From Cyclobacteriaceae bacterium (lineage in GTDB: Bacteria > Bacteroidota > Bacteroidia > Cytophagales > Cyclobacteriaceae): a stretch of 64,000 bases of DNA. Of this stretch, positions 1 to 9,979 are shown in pieces (within the stretch, counting starts at the first letter, position 1; every line of letters starts with the position of its first letter). Where the stretch lies: the NCBI GenBank assembly GCA_047632435.1, contig JBLICU010000005.1:15-64014 (forward strand). The letters are read 5' to 3'. The position numbers and the translations under genes were made by a program. The notes under the pieces are model-generated. The model did no database searches and was not told the origin of the DNA. It saw only the letters and a list, made by a program, of their open reading frames with translations.

Positions 1-2
1 AG

Positions 3-713
3 AATGTACTGGTACTTAGAGGGCGCTTTCGGCCAGTCACTCACGTAAGTGTCGATATGATGCTCACCGGCATGCGTGCTTTTAGAAAAGAGGCGGATGT
101 GGAAATCAGAAATATCGTTCCTCTGGTTGAACTCACCTTAAACGATCTAACCCTTGAAGGAGAGCTTGACGAGACCGATTTTTTGGATCGCGTTGACTTG
201 CTGTGCTCTCTTGGACAAAATGTAATGATTTCCAATTATCAGGAGCATTATAAGCTTGCTTCATATCTGTCCAAATTCACACGTCAAAAGAAAATAGGCA
301 TTATTCTGGGCTATTATAATCTTGTGCAGATTTTTGATGAGTCTTATTATAAAAATTTGAATGGTGGAATTTTAGAGTCATTTAGCCGCCTTTTTGGTAG
401 CAATGTAAAACTCTATGTCTATCCTACTTTCTCTACCGAATCAGATGAATTTAAAAACGTGAGCAAATTCGCACCCCCACCTCACTTATTTCATCTTTTC
501 GAATACATCAGGTCAAATGGAAAGATTGACGATGTGACAGGAGCCAACAAAGAATTACTTCACATCATTTCGGACGAAGTTTTAGAGATGATTGAAAAAG
601 GAAATTTAGAGTGGGAAGCCTACGTACCGCACCGAGTAGCCGCTTCAATCAAAAAAAATCATTTATTCAATTTTCCCTATGAAATCCCACAGGATGAGGA
701 TGATTTGAACTAA
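3..713 (+). CDS. Conserved Bacteroidota nucleotidyltransferase-like protein (5'-truncated by window edge)
   Basis: Frame is open from nt 3 (NVLVLRGRFRPVTHVSVDMM...) to the stop at 713. RGxFRPVT resembles the start of a Rossmann nucleotidyltransferase signature. Confidence 0.55.
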   Translation, partial: NVLVLRGRFRPVTHVSVDMMLTGMRAFRKEADVEIRNIVPLVELTLNDLTLEGELDETDFLDRVDLLCSLGQNVMISNYQEHYKLASYLSKFTRQKKIGIILGYYNLVQIFDESYYKNLNGGILESFSRLFGSNVKLYVYPTFSTESDEFKNVSKFAPPPHLFHLFEYIRSNGKIDDVTGANKELLHIISDEVLEMIEKGNLEWEAYVPHRVAASIKKNHLFNFPYEIPQDEDDLN

Positions 714-759
714 TTAAATCACCAATTATATTTTAAATACTCAGACAAACGCATTTTAC

Positions 760-767
760 TATATTTG
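760..767 (+). promoter_or_regulatory. Bacteroidota sigmaA -7 element (TAnnTTTG)
   Basis: TATATTTG 21 nt upstream of the ATG at 789. No clear -33 element. Confidence 0.45.
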
Positions 768-788
768 GTGTTTTAATTATCAAAATTT

Positions 789-2201
789 ATGACTGCAAGA
801 GGTTCGTTTTCCAACAAGTTGGGTTTCATTTTAGCAGCAGCCGGATCCGCTGTTGGTTTAGGTAATATATGGAGTTTCCCATTTGTGGTTGGAGCCGGTG
901 GTGGAGCCGCCTTTCTGTTGGTATATCTTTTCTTTTGTTTCGTATTATGCTTTCCGGTCATGGTTACTGAAATAGCCATCGGGAGAAAGACACAACTAAA
1001 TCCAGCAGGAGCTTATGAAGCTCTAGGGTATAAAAAATGGCGATTACTTGGAGTCCTAGGTATTATTAGTGGTGTGGTTATTTTGTCTTTCTACAATGTG
1101 GTCGCCGGATGGGCTTTTGGATATTTCCTTGAATTGTCAATGGGACATTTTGAGATCGGGAGTCAATTCTCCACTTTCATAAAAGACGTTTTCAAGGTTG
1201 GCTTATATGCTTTTGTTTTCATGTTAGTCACAGCGTACATTGTTTCAAAAGGAGTCGCAGGTGGAATTGAGAAAGCATCTAAAATTCTCATGCCGCTATT
1301 GATCATAATGATCAGTGGACTTGTTATTTACTCGCTTACTCTTGACCATGCATATGAGGGTTTGAAATTTTATTTGGTTCCAGACTTTTCTCAACTCACC
1401 CTTGAGGTAATTGGAAAAGCCATGGGTCAAGCCTTCTTCTCACTTTCGCTAGGCATGGGTGCATTGATCACTTATGGTAGCTATCTGTCAAAAAATGATA
1501 ACATCGTTTCCTCTGCAGCCTTCATTACGTTGGCTGATGTGGGCATTGCTTTTATAGCCGGATTGATGATGTTCCCATTGGTGGCATACCTCACACATGG
1601 AACGATGGAGGGTGCTGGACAAGGCGCTGGTTTGATATTTACAGTACTTCCAGGTGCTTTTCAAGGACTAGGGCCTGTACTTGGTGTGGTTGTCGGTTCT
1701 ACTTTTTTCCTTTTGCTTTCTTTTGCAGCACTCACTTCAACTGTTTCGTTATTGGAAGTACCAGTGGCATATATTGTTGATGAAAAAGGGATAGAAAGAA
1801 AAAAAGCAGTTTGGTTGGTCGCTTTGGGTATTTTCGTTTTGGGAATTCCTTCTTTGATATCTAATGGTTATTCTGGTTTCTTCACAAACTTTATCACTTA
1901 TATAGGTGCCGAAAAAGCTACATCTTTCATGGATTTCGCGCAGAATGTGGCCAATGACACGTTCCTACCACTAGGGGGTTGTTTGATTTCAATTTTCGCA
2001 GCACATATGTGGAAAACCAAAAAATTGCATGAGGAAATCGCGCAAGGATATCCTGGTTATGTAGGTTCATTTATTCAGAAATTTCTGGGTTTCGCTATTA
2101 TGTTTTTATGTCCCGTTGTTCTGGGCACTATGTTTGTCCTGACGCTATTCCAGACCTTCTTTGGGATTAATCTAGGAGAGTTGATTCTTTCGATATTCTA
2201 A
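789..2201 (+). CDS. Sodium-dependent transporter, NSS/SNF family
   Basis: N-terminal GSAVGLGNIWSFP motif, GGGAAFLLVY, QAFFSLSLGMG and about 11-12 hydrophobic helices. Confidence 0.93.
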   Translation: MTARGSFSNKLGFILAAAGSAVGLGNIWSFPFVVGAGGGAAFLLVYLFFCFVLCFPVMVTEIAIGRKTQLNPAGAYEALGYKKWRLLGVLGIISGVVILSFYNVVAGWAFGYFLELSMGHFEIGSQFSTFIKDVFKVGLYAFVFMLVTAYIVSKGVAGGIEKASKILMPLLIIMISGLVIYSLTLDHAYEGLKFYLVPDFSQLTLEVIGKAMGQAFFSLSLGMGALITYGSYLSKNDNIVSSAAFITLADVGIAFIAGLMMFPLVAYLTHGTMEGAGQGAGLIFTVLPGAFQGLGPVLGVVVGSTFFLLLSFAALTSTVSLLEVPVAYIVDEKGIERKKAVWLVALGIFVLGIPSLISNGYSGFFTNFITYIGAEKATSFMDFAQNVANDTFLPLGGCLISIFAAHMWKTKKLHEEIAQGYPGYVGSFIQKFLGFAIMFLCPVVLGTMFVLTLFQTFFGINLGELILSIF

Positions 2202-2204
2202 TAA

Positions 2205-3008
2205 TTATTCTCTTATAAACAGTCCAGGATCATCTTCATTGAAGTAAATGACATAACTGCCAGAAGGCAGCTTGCTTATGTCTACATCCTTGCCGATACC
2301 TTCCATTACTATTGAATTGCCACCATCGTAGACTTTATATGATGCAGTTCTTGAGAAAAAAATCATTTTATCCGTTTTCTGAGGTCTGAAAGTGACTGGA
2401 TCTGGATAAAAATGAAAGTCAATTTCTCTGGAATAAAGATATTTCCCATCAGGCAGGAGGTATTTGATTCGAAACTTATTGGAGCCTTCTTCAATTTTTG
2501 GGTAATGTTTATAAGAAGCACTCTCAAAGTGTCCGCTGGCCTCAATCACAGCTTCTTCCTGCCAGATTCCCATATCTATTTTTTCAATGAGAAATTGCCC
2601 ATGCTCCTTCTCTCCTAGCGTTTTCCATATCAAAGTGGAATCTGACATATTGATCTCACTGAATGAGAATATGCTGTGATAAAAAATTGCATCCGGATTG
2701 ATGACAATTGGGCGACAAGATTCCTTATGAACAATGTGAATAGTGACTGGCGCGTATAAATCCAATCCTTTGAAATCCAGCTTAATAGCGCTCATTTTCA
2801 TATTGAATTCTATCGTGCGTTCATTCACCCTTATTTCCTTGATGCAAAAATCCTTCTCTTCTGGATCAAAGGTATTTTGAATGAAAATAGGCCTCCCCTG
2901 ATACACTCCAGCCACATTTGTTGCACCAGGAACCTGCCCTAAAACCATTACGAAAAGAAATAAAAAGTAAGACGGTATCAAAGACAAAATTCTTGCGCTT
3001 AGTAACAA
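2205..3008 (-). CDS. Secreted hypothetical protein, possible T9SS-like C-terminus
   Basis: 267-aa ORF with signal peptide. C-terminus DISKLPSGSYVIYF resembles a type A T9SS sorting domain. Confidence 0.6.
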   Translation of the reverse strand: MLLSARILSLIPSYFLFLFVMVLGQVPGATNVAGVYQGRPIFIQNTFDPEEKDFCIKEIRVNERTIEFNMKMSAIKLDFKGLDLYAPVTIHIVHKESCRPIVINPDAIFYHSIFSFSEINMSDSTLIWKTLGEKEHGQFLIEKIDMGIWQEEAVIEASGHFESASYKHYPKIEEGSNKFRIKYLLPDGKYLYSREIDFHFYPDPVTFRPQKTDKMIFFSRTASYKVYDGGNSIVMEGIGKDVDISKLPSGSYVIYFNEDDPGLFIRE

Positions 3009-3221
3009 AAATGAATTTAAGAAAAAAAGCGTTAATCACGTGACTACCATTCAAAATAGGCGAGTAATAAGAAAACAAAAAATATTGATTGAACAATTCA
3101 ATTCATCATCAAACCTAAAAATGATACTCTACCTGATTAATTATATCATCTAGTTTTTTAAAAAATGGTTACTTTCTAATAACAATTTGTATTAAACTTG
3201 AAAATACACAAGGACTAAGAC

Positions 3222-3410
3222 ATGCAACTAATTATTTGGTACAACCCCGATATTGATTCTTATCAGAAGGGATATATTCGAGAATATGACAAACTCTTAA
3301 TGTTTAGTCCAAATAAAGATCGATTCGACATACTTTATGAATTTTCAGAAACATCCAAACGAATCATTGACAAAATTTTATCTTCTTTAAACACAGCCAG
3401 ACTCCTGTAA
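3222..3410 (+). CDS. Small hypothetical protein (62 aa)
   Basis: ATG-started ORF with natural amino-acid composition, filling an intergenic gap. Confidence 0.55.
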   Translation: MQLIIWYNPDIDSYQKGYIREYDKLLMFSPNKDRFDILYEFSETSKRIIDKILSSLNTARLL

Positions 3411-3451
3411 TCCGAGGCTTGTGTTTATTAATGATTTATCTTTAGCCACGA

Positions 3452-4006
3452 ATGAAAAAGTGGCTTTTTATTTTCCCTATTATTCTCCTTTGCAAGTGTG
3501 CTACAGTGAAGGTGATCCATTTTGTAAATGAAGATGCATCATTCAAATCTTATACAAATTTCTCCGTAGTAAATTATAAGACCCAAGGAGTTGATATCTC
3601 TGCTGAAGGTAGTCTCCTTTTTAATGAAATTGAGACGAACATAGAAAATCAGATGTTCAGAAGGGAATATCAAAAATCAAATCTCAATCCGGATATTATT
3701 GTTCGCTATGAAATCATCTCCAATCAAGTATCAGAAACACGCACTGTTTCGCCTTATGCCAATCCATATTCTGGATTTGGCCCATCATTTAGCACCAGAA
3801 CATTTCTTGAATCTGCTCTACTCATCGAATTGACAGATATAAGTACCAGAAAAATGGTTTGGCAAGGCAGTGTGGATTTGAGCAAATATGATCAAGGAAA
3901 TGAACAAAATAAGCTACTTAAAAAGGCCATAAGCCAAATATTTGATACCTATTTGTACCATTCAGGAAGTGATGTGCCTGATCCAACACTCATTGAGAAT
4001 AAATGA
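3452..4006 (+). CDS. DUF4136-like lipoprotein
   Basis: Lipoprotein-like signal (ILLCKC). F..Y..F start and LLIELTDISTRKMVWQG are typical of DUF4136. Confidence 0.7.
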   Translation: MKKWLFIFPIILLCKCATVKVIHFVNEDASFKSYTNFSVVNYKTQGVDISAEGSLLFNEIETNIENQMFRREYQKSNLNPDIIVRYEIISNQVSETRTVSPYANPYSGFGPSFSTRTFLESALLIELTDISTRKMVWQGSVDLSKYDQGNEQNKLLKKAISQIFDTYLYHSGSDVPDPTLIENK

Positions 4007-5418
4007 AAGAATTAGGGTTACTGACAATACTCCCTCCTGTCCTGGCTATCATTCTGGCTATACGAACGAAACAGGTAATCCCATCGCTCATTCTTGGGCT
4101 CTTACTGGGTTGGTTAATCCTATGTGACTGGAATCCATTGATGGGAATAATGGCTACTATAAACGGCCTGGTAAACGTATTTGCGAGCGCAGGAAACACA
4201 AGAACTATACTATTCACTTTGTTAATCGGCTCGCTGATTCATCTTATTCAAAAAGCCAAAGGAATTGATGGATTTGTAGTACGTCTCCAAAACAAAATAG
4301 ACCAATCAGAAAACCCAAAATCTAAACTTCAGGTCTTTGGGGCACTGACAGGATTTTTGATTTTTATTGAATCGAATATTTCAATACTTACTGTAGGAAC
4401 TGTTTTTCAATCGCTCTTTAAACGATATGGTATTCCCAAAGTAAAGCTCGCGTATATCGCTGATTCAAGCAGCGCGCCTTCTTGTATTCTATTTCCTATC
4501 AATGCCTGGGGTGCTTATATTATTGGCTTGTTAGCGGCGTATGAAACACTGCCTCCTTTTAAAACATTGCTCTACTCTATTCCATTCAACTTCTATCCGA
4601 TCCTTACATTAATCCTTGTTTTTTATACCGCTTTTTCCAACAAGAGTTTTGGTTTAATGAATACTTTTGACACGACCGAAAAAATACATGAGGCTGAATC
4701 AGCGGTCATCACATCGGAAGGAAAATCATTCAACATGATCGTGCCACTCGGGGCAATGGTATTGAGTATGCCGGCTTTTCTGTTGTTTACCGGATATGAT
4801 GCCGAATTTTCGGGTTCGATAATGGGGAAATTATGGCAGTACATTGGTAATGCTTCCGGATCTGCATCCGTACTTTATGCGGTGTGTACAGGTCTATTAA
4901 CAGCCGGAATTTTGTTTTCAGTTCAGAAAATTGTGACTCTTTCTACTTTTATCACTCAATCGCTTGAAGGAATGAAAGAAATGCTTTCAATGGCCATTTT
5001 AATGGTTTTAGCCTTTGCATTGGGTGATTTGTGCAAGGAAATGGGAACCGGAACTTATGTTGCTTCGGTGACTGAAAGCTGGTTGGCACCAGGTTTAGCA
5101 CCAGCTGTGATTTTTCTTACGAGCTGTTTCATCGCATTTTCTACCGGAACTTCCTGGGGAACTTTTGCCATCATGATTCCAATAGCCATTCCACTGGCTC
5201 AAACACTGGATATTAACATTCACCTGGCACTTGCTGCGGTCTTAGGTGGTGGCGTTTTCGGAGATCATTGCTCCCCTATTTCAGACACTACCTTAATATC
5301 CTCTATGGCTTCTGGCGTGGATCACATTGATCACGTGAAGACACAACTCCCATATGCACTTTTTACAGGCGGACTGGCAATTATAATGTATCTAATTTTT
5401 GGTTTTTTAATGGCCTAA
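4003..5418 (+). CDS. Na+/H+ antiporter NhaC-family protein
   Basis: AYIADSSSAP, AFSTGTSWGTF and GGGVFGDHCSPISDTT motifs. Polytopic membrane protein. Confidence 0.9.
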   Translation: MKELGLLTILPPVLAIILAIRTKQVIPSLILGLLLGWLILCDWNPLMGIMATINGLVNVFASAGNTRTILFTLLIGSLIHLIQKAKGIDGFVVRLQNKIDQSENPKSKLQVFGALTGFLIFIESNISILTVGTVFQSLFKRYGIPKVKLAYIADSSSAPSCILFPINAWGAYIIGLLAAYETLPPFKTLLYSIPFNFYPILTLILVFYTAFSNKSFGLMNTFDTTEKIHEAESAVITSEGKSFNMIVPLGAMVLSMPAFLLFTGYDAEFSGSIMGKLWQYIGNASGSASVLYAVCTGLLTAGILFSVQKIVTLSTFITQSLEGMKEMLSMAILMVLAFALGDLCKEMGTGTYVASVTESWLAPGLAPAVIFLTSCFIAFSTGTSWGTFAIMIPIAIPLAQTLDINIHLALAAVLGGGVFGDHCSPISDTTLISSMASGVDHIDHVKTQLPYALFTGGLAIIMYLIFGFLMA

Positions 5419-6558
5419 TTCGTCAGAATAATAAGCTTTTGCGAACTCGCGACCATTGTAGTTGTTACGCATGGTTTCACCGTAAGCGCCAGTAGAGCGG
5501 ATGACTATGAGGTCCCCCCTTTTCGTCTTGGGAAGTGCTGTTTTCTTTCCGAAAAAATCCGAAGATTCACATATTGGACCCACTACATCATATACGTCAT
5601 CAGGTTGATGACTAGAAATGTTTTCAAGCTTATGTACAGCTTGATAGAGTGCCGGGCGCATTAGTTCCGTCATACCTGCATCTAGAATGGCGAATTTTGT
5701 ATGGCCACCCTCCTTCATGTAAAGCACACGACTAAGGAGCGATCCACATTGTCCGACGATAGATCTACCTAGCTCAAAATGCACTTGCTGACCTGGAAGA
5801 ACTTTCAAATGATCATGAAAAATTTTGAAATAACCTTCGAAATCCGGAATTGGCTCATTGTCCGGGTCTTCATAATTGATCCCAAGGCCACCACCTAAAT
5901 TGAGATGAGGGAGCTTAAATCCATTTTCATGCAATGTATCCTGAAGTAGGTTGACCCGATCAGTCAGCGCTTGAAAGCGTTGCAAATCTGTTATTTGTGA
6001 CCCAATATGATAATGTAATCCAATAAATGCAACATGCTCACATGAGCGAATGAAGTCCATGGAACGGATCAGTTCATCAGTAGATACACCGAATTTGTTT
6101 TCCTTTGATCCTGTGGTGATATAATGATGTGTTCCAGCTTCAATTTCAGGATTGATTCTCATTGAAATCCTTGCCTTTTGACCGATTCGGCTAGCTATTT
6201 CGTTGATAACTTCAAGCTCAGCGATAGATTCAACATTGAATGAAAAAATGTCACTACGAAGAGCAAATTCAATTTCCTTATCTGTCTTTCCTACCCCGGC
6301 CAATACAACCTGATCTGGTCTAAAGCCATTTTCAAGAGCTATTTTGATTTCTCCCCCACTGACACAATCAACACCCAACCCAGATTTTCGGATTTCATCC
6401 AAAATTCTTGAATTGATATTTGCTTTCAATGCATAATGTATGTGATAACCGTATCTATTGGCCTTTTTTAATGCCTCAAGTGTGCTATTGAGCAGTGAAA
6501 TATCGTAAAAATAAAATGGCGTTTCTATGCCTCGGAAGTAGTTAAGATATCTTTTCAA
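5407..6558 (-). CDS. lysA: Diaminopimelate decarboxylase
   Basis: PLP Lys in YALKAN, HIGSQI, GGGLG, ELGRSIVG and GPICES motifs. Confidence 0.95.
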   Translation of the reverse strand: MKRYLNYFRGIETPFYFYDISLLNSTLEALKKANRYGYHIHYALKANINSRILDEIRKSGLGVDCVSGGEIKIALENGFRPDQVVLAGVGKTDKEIEFALRSDIFSFNVESIAELEVINEIASRIGQKARISMRINPEIEAGTHHYITTGSKENKFGVSTDELIRSMDFIRSCEHVAFIGLHYHIGSQITDLQRFQALTDRVNLLQDTLHENGFKLPHLNLGGGLGINYEDPDNEPIPDFEGYFKIFHDHLKVLPGQQVHFELGRSIVGQCGSLLSRVLYMKEGGHTKFAILDAGMTELMRPALYQAVHKLENISSHQPDDVYDVVGPICESSDFFGKKTALPKTKRGDLIVIRSTGAYGETMRNNYNGREFAKAYYSDELGH

Positions 6559-6564
6559 CGTGAA

Positions 6565-7161
6565 TTAGTTGCAGTATTTTGTTATGATAGCGCTAACCTC
6601 TTTAACATTAAGAACTTGCGCTTTTCTAAAATCTTCACAGGCACTTTGAATTTTACCCAAATGGATTTTTAATGCACCTCGATACAAATAAGCCTCACCA
6701 AAGTCACTATTGAGTTTAATTGATAAAGTGTATGACTCTAATGCACCATCAACATAACCAAGCTGGTGTTTTGCTCTGGCAGCTAAAAAATGTGCTTGGG
6801 AAGAATTTTCATTGATTTCCAACGCCTGCTCTGCCCACAACACTGCTTTGTTGTAAAACTCTTGCTCATAATAAAGCTTTGAAAGACTCAAACGCGCATT
6901 TACATTTTTTGTCTCAGATTTGATCGCTGAAATGAAATCTTCTTCTGCTTTGTCAAAGTCACCCAACTCTTGATAAGCTCTGCCGCGGTTATAGAGTGTT
7001 TTGACATCACTTGAATTGGATTCCAGATAATTGTTATAAGAAGCAACAGCGTCCTTGTATTTACCTTTTTCGAATAGTGCATCCCCTTCATTTGAACCAC
7101 TACTACATGCCAGCAATAAAACGATAAGAGTTAAAAACAAGAATATTTTTTCAAACTTCAT
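6565..7161 (-). CDS. TPR-repeat lipoprotein
   Basis: LLAC lipobox and several TPR repeats (YNRGRAY..LG, AYLYRG). Confidence 0.85.
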   Translation of the reverse strand: MKFEKIFLFLTLIVLLLACSSGSNEGDALFEKGKYKDAVASYNNYLESNSSDVKTLYNRGRAYQELGDFDKAEEDFISAIKSETKNVNARLSLSKLYYEQEFYNKAVLWAEQALEINENSSQAHFLAARAKHQLGYVDGALESYTLSIKLNSDFGEAYLYRGALKIHLGKIQSACEDFRKAQVLNVKEVSAIITKYCN

Positions 7162-7182
7162 GAACCCAAATTTTTAAGAACG

Positions 7183-7190
7183 CAAATATA
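7183..7190 (-). promoter_or_regulatory. sigmaA -7 element for the TPR-lysA unit
   Basis: TATATTTG on the minus strand, 21 nt upstream of the ATG at 7161. Confidence 0.45.
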
Positions 7191-7252
7191 TGCCTGTATG
7201 TGCTTAAACTCACATGCAATTTTCCTTAAACAACTTGTAAAATCGAATAATG

Positions 7253-8065
7253 TTAGACGCTCACATTATTTTCCCTAAGGGCAGAATTCAATGAAGTTTT
7301 CTTATCGGTACTTTCCTTTCTCTTACCAATAATCAAAGCACATGGTACTTGGTAAATACCAGATGCGAATTCTTTAGGAATAGTGCCAGGTATCACTACA
7401 GATCTTTCTGGAACATAACCTTTGTATTCTACAGGCTCTGGGCCAGTAACATCAATTATTTTGGAACTTCCTGTCAAAACTACATTGGCCCCTAAAACGG
7501 CCTCTCTGCCGACTCTTACACCTTCTACAACAATACATCGTGAACCAATGAACGCATTATCCTCAATAATTACCGGAGCAGCCTGAATGGGTTCAAGTAC
7601 TCCACCAATACCGACTCCCCCACTTAAATGAACATTTTTACCAATTTGAGCACAACTACCCACGGTAGCCCAGGTATCCACCATGGTTCCTTCATCCACA
7701 TAGGCACCAATATTCACGAAAGAAGGCATCAAAACAGTTCCTCGTGAAATAAATGATCCATATCTGGCAATTGCATGAGGAACCACTCTCACACCTAATT
7801 GGTCGTAGTTTGACTTCAATTTAATTTTATCATGGAATTGGAATGGACCCACTTCAATCAACTGCATTTTCATCAGAGGAAAATAAAGAATGACAGCTTT
7901 CTTAATCCACTCATGCACCACCCATCCATCTGCCGTAGGAGAAGCTATTCTACGTTTGCCAATATCAAGATCATCGATCAACGTTTTTATTGCCACTGAT
8001 ACATCCTTCTCTTCAATAAGGGATCTATCTTCCCACGCCGATTCGATTAATTTTTGTAAATCCAT
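7253..8065 (-). CDS. dapD: 2,3,4,5-tetrahydropyridine-2,6-dicarboxylate N-succinyltransferase
   Basis: W.VHEWIKKAVILYF, VDTWATVGSCAQIGKNVHLSGGVGIGGVLEP and TSLNSALR. ATG at 8065 is preferred; an in-frame GTG lies at 8086. Confidence 0.95.
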   Translation of the reverse strand: MDLQKLIESAWEDRSLIEEKDVSVAIKTLIDDLDIGKRRIASPTADGWVVHEWIKKAVILYFPLMKMQLIEVGPFQFHDKIKLKSNYDQLGVRVVPHAIARYGSFISRGTVLMPSFVNIGAYVDEGTMVDTWATVGSCAQIGKNVHLSGGVGIGGVLEPIQAAPVIIEDNAFIGSRCIVVEGVRVGREAVLGANVVLTGSSKIIDVTGPEPVEYKGYVPERSVVIPGTIPKEFASGIYQVPCALIIGKRKESTDKKTSLNSALRENNVSV

Positions 8066-8105
8066 ATATAGGTTTGTATTTTCCACTCCTTAATTCTTTT
8101 GTAGA

Positions 8106-9215
8106 GTGAATTATAAAAAAATATTTATTGCTTCAGTTCTAAAGCCTGTTGATGATGTCAGACACTTTGACAAGCTAGCTTGTTCTTTAGCTAAGGCAAA
8201 TAAATACCAAATATTCATTTTAGGAAAAGGAAGCATAAAAAAAACCGAAAATGATCTCATTTCATTTTGGAACACTGGCTATTTCAAAAGAAAAAGCTTC
8301 CATAGATTAATAGTTCAAATCACTTTTCTTAGAAAAATAAGTGCCTTAAAACCTGATCTAATAATCATCACATCACTAGAACTGCTTCCGCTGGCAAGCT
8401 TGTTTAAAAAATGGTTCAGATACAAATTGGTTTATGATGTTCAAGAAAATTATTTATCCAACATCCGTTATCAAAATGAATATCCGACCTTAGAAAAACT
8501 GATACTCATTCCCATCATCAATTTGACACAAAGGATTTTTCACCGAAGGGTTGATCACTTCCTATTAGCTGAAAAATCTTATAGCACAGAGGTTGCTAAT
8601 TTGGGTAATCGTTATACCATTTTAGAAAACAAAACCGGCTTATCAAAAATAAAATTAAAAGTAAAAAAATGGGATGGAAATGAGCCACTCATCTTAATTT
8701 TTTCAGGCACCATTTCAGAGTATTCGGGAATTAAAATTGCCATTGAAATATTTGAAAAAATTCAGAAACATGTACCAAGTAGCCGACTGAAAGTCATAGG
8801 ATGTTATCATGATTTGAACCTTCAGAAGTTCCTAAAATCTAAAGCCGAAGAAAACCCTTCAATAGAATTATATACAGATTCTACACCCATAGAACATGAT
8901 CTAATACTACAGGCTATAACAACCTCACATCTAGGAATGATCTCCTACAAACCCAATGAAACCAATAAGAAAAGAGTCCCAACTAAACTCTTCGAATACG
9001 CAAGTTATGGTCTACCATATCTGATAGACCAACATCCATATTGGTTATCAAGGTCACAGGAAATGGGTGGAGCCATACCCATAGATATAGGCTCATTCGA
9101 CGTTGAGAAAGCCATCAAGCAATACCGTCAACTCCTGGAATGGGATAGGAAAAAGAGCTTGTGGTTGGACGAAGAAGTAACATTAATCAACCTCATAAAA
9201 CAATTAATCAAATAA
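8106..9215 (+). CDS. Glycosyltransferase, GT-B fold (GT4-like)
   Basis: YDVQENY N-terminal motif and PTKLFEYASYGLP C-terminal motif. Confidence 0.8.
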   Translation: MNYKKIFIASVLKPVDDVRHFDKLACSLAKANKYQIFILGKGSIKKTENDLISFWNTGYFKRKSFHRLIVQITFLRKISALKPDLIIITSLELLPLASLFKKWFRYKLVYDVQENYLSNIRYQNEYPTLEKLILIPIINLTQRIFHRRVDHFLLAEKSYSTEVANLGNRYTILENKTGLSKIKLKVKKWDGNEPLILIFSGTISEYSGIKIAIEIFEKIQKHVPSSRLKVIGCYHDLNLQKFLKSKAEENPSIELYTDSTPIEHDLILQAITTSHLGMISYKPNETNKKRVPTKLFEYASYGLPYLIDQHPYWLSRSQEMGGAIPIDIGSFDVEKAIKQYRQLLEWDRKKSLWLDEEVTLINLIKQLIK

Positions 9216-9271
9216 ACTTAATTGGCTGGTTTAATGTTACTTATGTGGTTGAAAAAAATACACACGAAAAT

Positions 9272-9295
9272 TATATTTAGATTTGTCTAAATATA
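9272..9295. promoter_or_regulatory. Palindromic operator, candidate MntR/DtxR-family box
   Basis: TATATTTAGA-TTTG-TCTAAATATA with perfect 10-bp arms, 21 nt upstream of the mntR ATG. It overlaps TAGATTTG (9278-9285), a TAnnTTTG element. Confidence 0.7.
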
Positions 9296-9316
9296 TATTT
9301 AGCTTTGATAACTGAT

Positions 9317-9979
9317 ATGGAACTTAGTTTAGCAGAAGAAAATTATTTGAAGTCAATTTATCATCTTTCGGAAAATGGAAATGGTGAAGTTTCCACTAAT
9401 TCAATAGCTGAAGATATAAACACCAAACCGGCATCAGTTAGTGACATGATGCGTAAGCTGTCTGATAAAGGGGTCATTCAATACCAGAAATATAAGGGTG
9501 TTCAGATCTCTGAAAAAGGCAGAAAGATCGCATTAGGCGTCATCAGAAAACATCGACTTTGGGAGGTTTTCCTTTTAGAGAAATTAGGATTTAAATGGGA
9601 TGAAGTACATGACATAGCTGAACAACTAGAGCATATTAAATCACCCCTTTTGATTAAAAAACTCGACGAGTTTTTAGGACATCCTACTGTTGACCCACAT
9701 GGAGATCCCATACCTGATGAGCATGGTGAAATCCATTTTGAACCTCAGCTTTCTTTAGCAGAAATGGAAGTTGGAAAATCTGGAATTGTGGTCAATGTGC
9801 CTGACAGTAATCCTGCTCTATTGAGACATCTGGATCAGATAAAAATGCAGTTGGGTTCCAAAATCAAGATCAAAGATAAAGTCGAATTTGATGGATCTGT
9901 TTTGATATCAATTAATGAACAAACGCCCATCTATTTGTCAGGAACTATTTCACAAAATATAATGCTCAAAGTCAAATGA
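9317..9979 (+). CDS. mntR: Metal-dependent transcriptional regulator, DtxR/MntR family, with C-terminal FeoA-like SH3 domain
   Basis: EENYLKSIY, KHRLWEVFL, VHDIAEQLEH and DPHGDPIP motifs. ATG at 9317 preferred over TTG at 9305. Confidence 0.9.
   Translation: MELSLAEENYLKSIYHLSENGNGEVSTNSIAEDINTKPASVSDMMRKLSDKGVIQYQKYKGVQISEKGRKIALGVIRKHRLWEVFLLEKLGFKWDEVHDIAEQLEHIKSPLLIKKLDEFLGHPTVDPHGDPIPDEHGEIHFEPQLSLAEMEVGKSGIVVNVPDSNPALLRHLDQIKMQLGSKIKIKDKVEFDGSVLISINEQTPIYLSGTISQNIMLKVK

Noticed and set aside
5407-5418. Convergent 3' overlap of nhaC and lysA (and similarly cupin and amidohydrolase at 56907-56927)
   Set aside because: Short tail-to-tail overlaps are common in compact AT-rich genomes.
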